Shown here in pieces: positions 28,201 through 40,449 of a stretch of DNA of 64,000 nt. The position numbers and the translations under genes are program-made. This stretch comes from Convolutriloba macropyga (taxonomy: Eukaryota), in assembly GCF_964194025.1 (NCBI RefSeq), contig NC_134471.1, positions 26,164,001 to 26,228,000 of the forward strand, given 5' to 3'. The notes under the pieces are model-generated. The model saw only the letters and a program-made list of their open reading frames with translations. It was not told the origin of the DNA and made no database searches. The stretch's first letter is position 1, and the number at the start of each line of letters is the position of its first letter.

Positions 28201-29689
28201 AGAGCTTTTATTGGACATGAAGCAAACGCTACTTAAATTTTCAAAGTCCTGGAGCCCAGTTGTTCTCTACGCTAATAATCTGGTCTTCATGGCTCAGGAT
28301 TTTTCCTCTCAAGGTCTGCTTACAAAACTGTTCTGATATTTTTCAAAGATGTTTTACCCTTAAATTCTCAACAGAAGCATGACTGTTGTCGGTTGAAATA
28401 TATGAAAAAATTATGTTGTCAGCTTTCAAAACGTAACATGACAACTTTTTTCTGCATGGAGCAGATAAAAAAGTGTAAAAGATATAAAATAAAGTAATTG
28501 CAAGTTTCACCTAAAAAATTAGTGCGATGTATAACCAAAATTCCTCCCAAGTCACAGATTTTCCAAACCTATGAGAAAATTCTATATGTCCGTGATGTTA
28601 AGCTAATAGACACCCCTTCATTGTAGTGCGAATAAGTTAAGAGAGCCCCCAACAAACCCAGCTATTGAGCTCCACCACAAAATTGCTTTTCAAGCTGATC
28701 TCAGGTGATTTCTCGGTGATAAGGGTAAACCAGTTCAGCACTGATCTAAATTTTCCAACGGAAAGAAAACTTCAGTGGTTTTTGTAGTAATTGTACAAAT
28801 CGCCTCAAATAAAGGAGAGATAAAAACAATAGTCAATGTCAAAAAATTTTTACACCGTTACCGTTTCTATTACCAGGAAACATTTGCCCAGGATTGTTTT
28901 CCTAAAAAGCGATTCGAGGCGAGTTTCTTAATAGCAATTACACACCAAAACTGTAAGATCAGAAAGAAGTTCCGTTTCTCACAGGTTTCCAATCTGTTGA
29001 GTTATAAATGCTTATTTTAAAGCTAGCTATATTTCAGCTAAAATAGTAGGGACCTTTATTTGTGAATGCGAATTAATGCAAAGAGATAAAAGTTGTTGAA
29101 ACGCAAAGCACGCCACAAAATTTGAGCTCCATTGTGACATGACGAAATACTAAACTTTTTTGTCTAACAAATTTCTGAGGACACTATTGAATGAAACATC
29201 ACTCCGTCCTAACAAACACTCCCCTTGTCTCAAATTTAAGTGCTTCAGAGCAGCATTTATTCAAATATCAATAGTTTGGTGAGTTTTCTTCAAAATAAAA
29301 CCAAAACTGTAACTCAAAGCTACTATCGTTCAGTTCATGTTGAATTGACTTATCCATTTTGTGCTGCGTAATTGACTGATAACTTTCTGCTACTATAAAC
29401 TTACCTAAAATTTTCTTTGCAGATAATTTCCTATCTTGACTGCTATTGTTTTGATAATAGTTTGTAGTTTTTAGGTTTCTCGTCAAAATTTTTTGTTTAT
29501 GACGGTGTGCAAAACATTGCTGAAAAAAATTGCCAAGAAACATTGTCGATGGTGTGCAGAACACTGCCAACAAAATTGCAGAGAAATAATTTAAAATAAA
29601 TCCAAAATTTGAGGCTGCTTGAATAATTTTTCTCCCTTATGACCTCAGGACTCTAAATGAGGAGAAATATGTGAATAATCATTGATTTT
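22273..29689. repeat. Three near-identical 2468-bp higher-order repeats (B-C-A-C)
   Basis: Equivalent ORFs at 23839/26307/28775 and 24332/26800/29268, an exact 2468-bp period, with only scattered substitutions. Confidence 0.95.
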
Positions 29690-30704
29690 ACAAATTTTCA
29701 AAAACTGACACACTCAATATTATTTAAATTGCTTACGATAATTTTGGTTAGCTATATAAAGTTTCTTTGTGACTTAACTTATCTAAAAGTCTAGTTATTT
29801 TGTTGGACAAATTGTTACATCTCGGAGTGGATTGATAATTTGTGGCATAGGAAAAAATGACGAGTGCTAAAATTCGTTCACTCGCTTTTCTAATTGAATT
29901 GCTAATACAAATGGGTCATTTGACAATTGTAGGTTTTTAGTCAACATGAGTTCACGAAGGTATGGTTTCACTGTTTCCTATATATTTCAAAATTCTCCAA
30001 TATTGTTTTTCATATAATAGTTTAGTTTTCATTAAATTTGTTCGATTAAATTTCATTCATTAAATTGATTAGATGATACCATAAAAATAACTCTATTTCC
30101 TTTGAATTGTTTGGTAATTGTTGCATTCTTTTCTTAAAAAGTGAATGAAGTGGTCTTATAATTAAGCTAAACTTGGGTTCCTTAAACAAATAAAATTTTA
30201 TTTTGAGGTAAAAAGATCGAGGAACAACCCAAATTTGTCATATATGAAACTACTTTTCAAAATTCCTGAAAATTAAACACTAATTTTGAAACATATGTCG
30301 GTGCTCTAACTTAGAAACAAATCTGTTGTTCGTCTTGACTATAAACCGCTGAGAGCTAAAAAATCTTCTCAAGAAATCCGTGATAAAGTTAAATCAGTTC
30401 AACTCAGATCTAAAGATTCAGTCAGAAACAAGGACGCAGTGGTTTGTGTTGTAATTGTAAAACGATATTCAGAGTTAAAGACTCCATTTTCACTGCTATA
30501 TTATCAGGAAAAAACGTGCCCAGGATTCTCTTCCTAATAATCCAATCGAGTTAAGTTGTTAAATGCACCTACACACAAAACTTTAAGATCAGAAAGAAGT
30601 TCCATTTCCTTCAAGATTCCGATCTGTTGAATTATAAATCCTAATTTTAACGCAAACTGTATTTCGGCAAAAATAGCAGATAAACTGGTTTTGCAATGTG
30701 AAAT

Positions 30705-31240
30705 AGGGCAAAAACATTAAACTGCTTAAACTCAACGAACGCCACGAAGTGTGGGCTCCATTCTCTGCTGTGTCACAACAAGTGATTTTGTTAGACATGG
30801 AGCAAACGGTACTCAACTCTTCAACAATTTGGAGCCCAGTTGTTCTCTACGCTAATAATCTGGTCTTTATGGCACAGGATTTTTTCCTCTTAAGGTAAGC
30901 TCACAAAACAATTATGATATCTTTCAAAGGAGTATTGCCCTTAATATAGCAAAAATATTAAATTGCTGAAACTCAACAAACGCCACGAAGTGTGTGCTCC
31001 ATTCTCTGCTGTGTCACAACAAGAGCTTTTGTTAGACATGGAGCAAACGGTACTCAACTCTTCAACAATTTGGAGCCCAGTTGTTCTCTACGCTAATAAT
31101 CTGGTCTTTATGGCTCAGGATTTTTTCCTCTTAAGGTAAGCTCACAAAACAATTATGATATCTTTCAAAGGAGTATTGCCCTTAATATAGCAAAAATATT
31201 AAATTGCTGAAACTCAACAAACGCCACGAAGTGTGTGCTG
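30705..31240. repeat. ~240-bp local tandem duplication spanning the C-to-A junction
   Basis: atatagcaaaaatattaaattgctgaaactcaacaaacgccacgaagtgtg at ~30945 and ~31185, with a related copy at ~30705. Confidence 0.85.
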
Positions 31241-34200
31241 TGTCACAACAAGAGCTTTTGTTAGACATGAAGCAAACGATGCTCAACTCTTAACAAATTC
31301 GGAGCCCAGCTGTTCTCTACGCGAATAATCTGATCTTCATGGCTCGGGAATCTCTCCTCTTAAAGTCTGCTTAAAAAAATTATGAGTCTTTTCAAGGGAG
31401 TAGTGCCCTCGATTTCTCAACAGAAGCGTGACTATTGTCAGGTTTAATACATGAAAAAAATTCTCTTGGCAGCTTTCAAAACGTAGCATGACGATTTTTT
31501 TCTGCATGGAGCAGATAAAAAAGTGCAAAGATGTAAAATAAAGTAATTGCAAGTTTCGCATACAAAAATTAATAAGATGTATAACCAAACTTCCTCCCAA
31601 GACATAGATTTTCCAAACGTATCAAAAAATTTCATATGTGCGTGATGTTAAGCTAATAGACACCCCTTCAATGTAGTGCGAACAAGTTAAGAGAGCCCAC
31701 AACAAACACAACTATTGAGCTCTACCACAAAATTTTTTTTGAAGCTGATCTCGCGTGATTTCTCTGTGATAAGGGTAAACCAGTTCAGCACTGATCTAAA
31801 ACTTCACACGGAAACAAGGCTTCAGTTGTTTTTTTTGGTAATTGGACAAATCGCCTCGAATGAAGGAGAGATAAAAACAATAGTCAAAGTCAAAATTTTT
31901 TTAAACCGTTTCTATTACCAGGAAACACTTGCCCAGGATTGTTTTCCTAAAAAGCGATCCGAGGCGAGTTTTTTAAAGGCAATTACATACCAAAACTGTA
32001 AGATCAAAAAGAAGTTCTGTTTCTCACAGGTTTCCAATCTGTTGAGTTATAAATACTAATTTTAAAGCTAGCTGTATTTCAGCTAAAATAGAAGGGACAT
32101 TGATTTGTGAACGTGAATTAATGCAAAAAGATAAAAATTGTTGAAACGCAAAACACGCCACGAAATTTGAGCTCCATCTTGACATGACGAAAAATAAAAA
32201 TTTTTTGTCTAAGGTGTTTCATAGCAGCATTTATTCAAATATCAAAAGTTTGGTGAGTTTTCTTCTAAGAAAAAATCAAAACTGTAACTCAAAGCTAGTA
32301 TCGTTCAGTTTATGTTGAACTGTCTTACCCATTTTGTGCTGCGTAATTGACTGATAATTTCCTGTTGCTTTCAATAAACTTGCCTGAAATGTTCTTAGCA
32401 GATAATTTCCTATCTTGACTGCTATTGTTTTGATAATAGTTTGTAGTTTTTAGGTTTCTCGTCAAAATTTTTTGTTTATGACGGTGTGCAGAACATTGCT
32501 GAGAAAAATAGCCAAAAAACATTGTCGATGGTGTGCACAACAATGCCAAAACAAATTGCAGAGAAAAAATGCAAAATAAACCCATGTTTTGGTGCTGCTT
32601 GATTTTTGTTCTCCCTTTTGACCTCAGGACTCTAAATGTGGAGAAATATGTGAATAATCATTGATTTTATAAATTTTCAAAAACTGACACACTCAAAATT
32701 TTTTAAATTGGTTATAATATTTTTAAATAGCTGTAAAAAATTTCATTCTGACTTAACTTATTCCAAACGTCTAGTTATTTTGTTGGACAAATTGATACAT
32801 CTCGGAGTGGATTGATAATTTGTAACATAGAAAAACTTGACGAGTGTTAAATTTGTTTATCCGCTTTTCTAATTGAATATCTAATACAAATGGGTCATTG
32901 GACAATTGTAGGTTTGTAGTCAACATGAGTTCATGAAGGTATGGTTTCACTGTAACCTATATATTTAAAAATGCTCCAAAGTAGTTTTTCATATAATAGT
33001 TTAGTTTTTATTAAATTTGTTCGATTAAATTTCATTTATTAAATTGATTAGATAATACGAAAAATTAACTCTATTTCCTTTGAATTGTTTGGTAATTGTT
33101 GCATTATTTTCTTAAAAAGTGAATAAAGTGGTCTTATAATTAAGCTAAACTGGGGTTCCTTAAGCAAATAAGATTTTGTTTTTGAGGTATAAAGATCAAA
33201 GAACAACCCAAAATTGTCATATATGAAACTACTTTTCAAAATTCCTGAAAATTAAACACTAAACTTAAAACATAGATAGATGCTCTAACTTAGCAAGAAA
33301 TCTGTTGTTTGTCTCGACTATCAACCGCTGAGAACTGAAAAATCTCTAAAAGTCTTCTCAAGAAATCCGTGATAAAGTTAAATCAGTTCATCACAGATCT
33401 AAAGATTCAGTCGGAAACAAGGCTGCAGTGGTTTGTGTTGTAATTGTAAAACGATAGTCAGAGTTATAAACTCCAATTTCACTGCTTTTATTATCAGGAA
33501 AAACGTGCCCAGGATTCTCTTCCTAAAAAACCAATCGAGTTAAGTTCTTAAATGCACCTACACACCAAAACTTTAAGATCAGAAAGAAGTTCCATTTCCT
33601 TCAAGATTCCGATCTGTTGAATTATAAATCCTAATTTTAACGCAAACTGTATTTCGGCAAAAATAGCAGATAAACTGGTTTTGCAATGTGAAATATGGCA
33701 AAAACATTAAACTGCTTAAACTCAACGAACGCCACGAAGTGTGGGCTCCATTCTCTCATGTGTCACAACAAGAGATTTTGTTAGTTATGGAGCAAACGGT
33801 ACTCAACTCTTCAACAATTTGGAGCCCAGTTGTTCTCTACGGTAATAATCTGGTCTTTATGGCTCAGGATTTTTTCCTCTTATAGTAAGCTCACAAAACA
33901 TTTGTGATATCTTTCAAAGGAGTATTGCCCTTAAATTCTCAACAGAAGCGTGACTGTTGTCGGTCTTAATACACGAATAAAAAATTAAGTTGTCAGCTTT
34001 CAAAACGTAACATGACGATTTGTATTGCAAGGAGCAGACATAAAACAAATGGTAAATGATATAAATAAATGAAATTGCCAGTTTCACCTATAAAAACTAA
34101 TGCGAATTAAAACCAAACTTGCTTTTGAGTAATAGATTTTTGAAAGGTATTAAAAGTTGCCACATGAGCTTGATGGTCAGCTTATAATCAGGCCTTAATT

Positions 34201-37200
34201 GTTGTCCAGATAAGTTAAGATAGCCGCCAATAAACCCTGACATTGAGCTCTTTCACGAATATCGCTCTTCCAGCTCCTATCGCTTGAATTCATTGTGATA
34301 AGGATAAAACAGTCCAGCAAAGATCCGAAACTTCACTAGGAAACAAAGTTTTAGTAGTTTGCGTTGTAATTGTACAACACGCCACGCACAAAAGGGAGAT
34401 AAAAGCGATAGTCAAAGTCAAATTTTCCGTTACACCGTTTTTATTATCAGGAAAAAAACGTGCCCAGGATTTTTTTCCAAATAAATTATACGAGGCGATT
34501 TCTAAAATGCACCTACACACCAAATGTGTAAGATCAGAAAGAATTTCCGTTCTTTACAGGATTCCTTTCTGCTAAATTATAAATACTAGTTTTAAAGCAA
34601 GCTGCATTTCAGCTGAAAAATCAGGAAAATTGGTTTCTGCAATGTGAAATTTAGCAAAAATATTAAATTGCTGAAACTCAACAAACGCCACGAAGTGTGG
34701 GCTCCATTCTCTGCTGTGTCACAACAAGAGCTTTTGTTATACCTGAAGCAAACGATACTCAACTCCTAAAAAATTTGGCGCCCAGTTGTTCTCTACGCTA
34801 ATAATCTGATCTTCATGGCTCGGGAACCTCTCCTCTTAAAGTCTGCTTAAAAAACAGTTAGGAGTCTTTTCAAGGGAGTAGTGCCCTCGATTTCTCAACT
34901 GAAGCGTGACTATTTTCAGGTTCAAATATGAAAATAATTATCTTGCCAGCTTTCAAAACGTAACATGACGATTTTTTTCTGCATGGAGCAGATAAAAAGG
35001 TGTAAAAGATGTAAAATAAAGTAATTGCAAGTTTCGCATACAAAAATTAATAAGATGTATAACCAAACTTCCTCCCAAGACATAGATTTTCCAAACGTAT
35101 CAAAAAATTTCATATGTGCGTGATGTTAAGCTAATAGACACCCCTTCATTGTAGTGCGAACAAGTTAAGAGAGCCCCCAACAAACACAGCTGTTGAGCTC
35201 TACCACAAAAGTGCTTTTCAAGCTAATCTCGCGTGATTTCTCTGTATTAAGGAAAAAGCCAGTTCAGCACTGATCTAAAACTTCACACGGAAACAAGGCT
35301 TCAGTGGTTTTTTGGTAATTGTACAAATCGCCCCGAATAAAGGAGAGATAAAAAAAATAGTCAAAGTCAAAATTTTTTAAAACCGTTTCTATTACCAGGA
35401 AACACTTGCCCAGGATTGTTTTCCTAAAAAGCGATTCGAGGCGAGTTTTTTAAAGCCAATTACATACCAAAACTGTAAAATCAGAAAGAAGTTCCGTTTC
35501 TCACAGGTTTACAATCTGTTGAGTTATAAATACTAATTTTAAAGCTAGCTGTGTTTCAGCTAAAATAGAAGGGACATTGATTTGTGAACGTGAATTAACG
35601 CAAAAAGATTAAAAAAAATGTTGAAACGCAAAGCACTCCACGAAATTTGAGCTCCATCGTGACATGACGAAATATAAAACTTTTTGTCTAACGTGTTTCA
35701 TAGCAGCCTTTATTCAAATATCAAAATCAAAATTTTGGCGAGTTTTCATCAAAAAAATCAAAACTGTAACTCAAAGCTATTATCGTTCAGTTCATGTTGA
35801 ATTGACTTACCCATTTTGTGCTGCGTAATTGACTGATAACTTCCTGTTGCTTTAAACAAAATTACCGGAAATATTCTTAGCAGATAAATTCCTGTCTTTT
35901 CTGCTTTGGTTTTGATAAAAGTTTGCAGTTTTTAGGTTTCTCGTCAATAATTTCTTGTTTATGACGGTGTGCAGAACATTGCTGAGAAAAATAGCCAAAA
36001 AACATTGTCGATGGTGTGCAGAACAATGCCAAAAAAATTGCAGAGAAAAATTGCAAAACAAATCCTTGTTTTGGGGCTGCTTGATTTTTTTCTCCCTTTT
36101 GACCTCAGGATTCTAAATGTGGAGAAATATGTGAATAATCATTGATTTTCCATATTTTCAAAAACTGACACGCTCAAAATTATTTAAATTGTTTACGATA
36201 TTTTTAGTTAGCTGTAAAAAATTTCATTGCGACTTAACTTATTCCAAACGTCTAGTTATTTTGTTGGACAAATTGGTACATCTCCGAGTGAATTGTTAAT
36301 TTGTAACATAGAAAAACTTGACGAGTGTTAAATTTGTTCATCCGCATTTCTAATTGAATTTCTAATACAAATGGGTTATTGGACATTTGTAGGACTACAG
36401 TCAAATTGCGTTTATGCCGGAACATTTTCACTGTTAACTACTGAAAAAAGCTAGAAAGAAGTTTTTCTTATAAAAGTTTTCTTATTCGGCATTTATTAAA
36501 TTGTTTAGATGATAAGAAAAATTTACTCTACTTCTTTTGTACTGTTTGGTAATAATTGCATTTTTCCTTAAAAAATGACTAAAAGTGGGCTTATAATTTA
36601 GCTAAATTGCAGTTCTTTAAGAAAATAAAATTTTATTTCAGCTGTACATAGATAAAAGAACATCTCAAAGCTGTCAAAATTGAAACAATTCTTAAAAATT
36701 TCCAAAAATTATACGGTAAGTAGGAAACATATATCGGGGTTATAGCTTCACAAAAAATCTATTGTTTGTATTGATAATGGAATACTGAGAGCTGAGGAAT
36801 CCTCTTTAAAAATCTTCTCAAGAAATCCGTGATAAAATTAAATCAGTTCAGCACAAATCCAAGGCCTAAGTCGGAAACAAGGCTCCAGTCGTTTGTGTTG
36901 TAATCGTACAACCTGTCACGCACAAAAAGGAGATAAAAACGATAGTCAGATTCAAAATTTTCGTATACACGGTTTTTATTACCAAAAAGATGCCCTAATA
37001 GGGGATTCCAGGCGAGTTTTCAAATGCTTTTACAAAGCAAGACTGTAAGATAAGAAAGAAGTTCCGTTTCTCACAGGATTCCAATCTGTTGATTTATAAA
37101 TACTTATTTTAAAACTAGCTGTTTTTCAAGTAACTAGTAGAGACATTGATTTGGGAACGTGAAATACTGCAAAAACATTAAAATTGTTGAAACGCAACGC

Positions 37201-38399
37201 ACGCCACGAAATTTGTCCATAGTGACATGACAAAAAAGGAAACTTATTTGTCTAATGCTTTACTATTGAAGGAATCACCACTTCGTCTTCACAAATACTC
37301 CACTTGTCAAAAATTTAAGTGCTTCAGAGCAGTATTTATTCAAATAGCAGATCTTAGATCTTTGGTGAGTGCTCTTCAAAATTAAAGCCAGAATTGTAAC
37401 TCAATGCTATTATCGTTGATTTCATGTTCAATTGGCTTGCCCATTTTCGGCTTCGTATTTGACCGATAACTTTCGGTTGCTTTAAATTATAGTTACCTGA
37501 AATATTTTGTGCAGATCAATTCCAATCTTAACTGCTATGGTTTTGATAAATACATTGTAGTTTTTAAATTTCTCTTCATAAATCTTCTGTTTATGATGGT
37601 GTGCAGAAAATTGCCAAGAAAAAATATAAAACAAACCCAAGTGTTAGGTCTGCTTGAAGTTCTCTTCTCCCTTTTGACCTCAGGACGCTAAATGAGGAAA
37701 AATATGCGTGTAATCATTGATTCAAAAAATTTTAAAAACTCACAAACTCAAATTTATTTAATGTCGTTACGATAGTTTTTAGTTAGCTTTATAAAGTTAC
37801 TTCGTAACGTTACTTATTCCAAACGTCTGGATATTTTGCTGGACAACTTGATACATCTCGGAGTGTATTGATAATTTGTAGCTTAGAAGACTTGACGAGT
37901 GTTAGATTTGCTAACTCGCATTTCTATTTGAATTTCTAATACAAATGGGTTATTGGAAAATTGTAGGTTTACAGTTAACTTGAGTTATGCAGAAACATTT
38001 TCACTGTTACCTATATATTGAAAAATTGCTCCCAAGTTGTTTTTTTCCTTTAAAAGTTATAAACTTTTCTTATAAACTGATTAGATGATACGAAAAATTT
38101 ACTCTACCTCTCTTGAGTTGTTTGGAAATCGTTGCTTTTTTTTCTTAAAAAATGAAGAAAGTGGTCTTATTATTAAGCTAAATAGCAGTTCTTTAAGCAA
38201 ATATGACTTTATTTTGGCGGTACAAAGATCTAAGAACAACTCAAAATTGTCAAAAATGAAACTATTCTTCAAAATTCACAAAAATTATACTGTAAGTTGG
38301 AAATATATATCGGTGCTACAACTTAGCAAGAAATCTATTGTTTGTCTCGACAATGAACTGCTGAGAGCTGAGAAATCCTCTCTAAAAATCCTCTCAAGA

Positions 38400-38755
38400 A
38401 ATCCTCTTATGAAATGTGATGTAGGATCAAAACACTAACAGTGGAGAGCGGAAAGCACTTGAAGTAAACAAGTGGAAAGATCAGTTTACCCTCGATTCAT
38501 TCATAATTTATTTAATAACAATGAAACCTAACTGTACGGGGGGGGGGGGGGGGGGGTTGTATAGGGGTAACAGTGCAATATGTAACTGTTCGGTTACCAA
38601 AAATTTGATCAGTTTTTCATAATGAAAACAAACGCAAGCGTCATGGCCCGCCTCCGGTGTTGTTGTCAATCAAATTATCTCTGTGATTTGTTTAACTTGA
38701 CGGCGGCGGCCATTTTGCTTTGATGTGTGTTAAGTGTCGGTTAGGGGATGTTTCT
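38400..38755. promoter_or_regulatory. Putative cis-regulatory island at the array's right boundary
   Basis: Locally GC-richer, with a YY1-like GCGGCCATTTTG (38706-38717), forkhead-like aaacaaa/tgtttaac motifs and a long G run (38537-38556). Motif inspection only. Confidence 0.3.
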
Positions 38756-40449
38756 AAAATACACATACACATATTCACAAATACACGCATGTATGTATAA
38801 ACATAACACGCACATATATGATGCGTATATAACGCTTAGGCCGCGTATAAAATTATACAATCCTGTATTATTGTATACATGCATTATTCAATATCATTCA
38901 ATTTATTTTTTACTCTGTATCTCAAATACTATTTAATACATCCCAAGCAATAACAACCACCCCCCCCCCCCTCCGCCCCTTTTACTATAACAAGAACATA
39001 TTTAATATTTCTCATCTTTCCTTAAATGCATTTGTTATTTGTTCGACCTCCAATATCTAATTGATGGAATTGTTGTTTATTCCCTAATTTTATCAGTCAA
39101 CAAAGGCCATTTTTACAATATTTTCTATATTTTTTCATTTGTTTTTTATTGCATTTATAGGCTAGTCTGCGACAAAGGCGCAATATTTTTGAGCTCAATT
39201 TGATTTTGTCGAGACAATTTATTTATTGCACTTTGACTGTGCGGGAGTGAGATAAAGTGAAAAAGTAGTAGTTAAAGTAAAAATGTTAATATTGAGAATT
39301 TTCAAACATGATTTAATATAAATGCGTTTGTATTGCTCCTGTACTTGTTTTCAATACTTAGCATTTTAACACAACACTCACACGCTCACAAAATAAAATC
39401 GTCAACGGCGGCATTATTTTTTCTTTCTCTTTATAGTCGTTTTAATTCTGTATAAGTCTTAATTTTACTTGCAAGAAAAGAGGCAAGGCAACAAAACAAG
39501 CATTTTATTTAGTTTATAATATTTTACCACCGCTGTTTAAGTTACTATACACTTGTAACTTGCGTATCATTCATACTGTAGTAACTTTCATTCTCAATAT
39601 TATTATTCTCCTTCTTTCTTCTCTGCTCTAGATTTGGTTTCAATCTCTGAATATTACAACTTACTAACCAAGCATATAATTTATAACTACGAACTCACTC
39701 AGCAGAATCATCCACTAACATTCGCCTGCTCTATCTCCAGTGTGGTTGGCTACTTTCAGTTATTATAATATTCGCTCAACTAACTAACTTTGGTTAGAGA
39801 GATAAATTTCCAAACCATCTCTCACTGCAACTACAATTTTCAACAACTACGCAAGTCTCAAACTCAACTTGTGTTGTTATTCTTGTTCGCTTAGTTAAAA
39901 CTTGGCTTCATTGTAGCGATTGATATATATTTGGTTTCATGACTAGACAATAAGTAAGTTTAACTAACACATTCCTTGCTATAAACTTCACTACTAACTA
40001 GCTTCACTGGCTGGTTAAACTTGGTGGCTACACATTTATATAAATTTCCTTTTGCTCCAATTTACAAACCTGGAAAATTCTAGGTTTTCCTGTTTAACAA
40101 CTAGCTAGCTCTTACACATTGCCCAATTTTATTACTTTTTAACACTGCCATTTTTGTAATTTAATTAAAGCTTTAAATGCAGTTTTGAATAAACTTTAAA
40201 AATATTTGATTCTTTTAGGTAATCCAGAGATTTATTTGAGGAAACTTTGCCCTACAATATTCGATTTACACTTACGGACAAGGTAGATGATAATTAATTA
40301 ATAACTTTTTCAACTTGGGTAAAGTTATTATTTTCGCAGCATGGAATTTGTTTAGGGTGTTTATTCCATCATGATCACTACATTGTACAAAGTTGCGAAT
40401 AATTGTGAAAGCGCGTTAAGCGAAAAACACAATTGATTAAGTAGGCTGG

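Larger units (their letters stand above)
8250..38400. repeat. Complex diverged tandem array (macrosatellite) of modules A (~0.53 kb), C (~0.4 kb) and B (~1.1-1.3 kb)
   Basis: The module C start (gtgataa...aatcagttc) recurs at about 8775, 10675, 13368, 14319, 16464, 18701, 20069, 21526, 22994, 23780, 25462, 26248, 27930, 28716, 30380, 31766, 33369, 34295, 35244 and 36829. Repeated near-identical ORF-track peptides confirm the periodicity. Confidence 0.95.

Noticed and set aside
8250-38400. Module C as an LTR (tgtgataa...ctcca) of tandem LTR/TRIM elements
   Set aside because: No polypurine tract before C, no convincing tRNA primer-binding site after it, no TSDs, and C is better explained as endonuclease-derived sequence.
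8250-38400. CRISPR-like constant module alternating with variable segments
   Set aside because: Modules are hundreds of bp long, the intervening segments are homologous to each other, there are no cas genes, and the context is eukaryotic.
15596-38438. Repeated ORF-track peptides as a tandem gene family
   Set aside because: They recur only because the DNA is duplicated. Frames break at homopolymer indels in sister copies and many start at TTG/GTG.
38537-38980. Long poly-G and poly-C tracts as an inverted repeat
   Set aside because: Complementarity beyond the homopolymers is only about 6 bp, and such tracts are common in this window.
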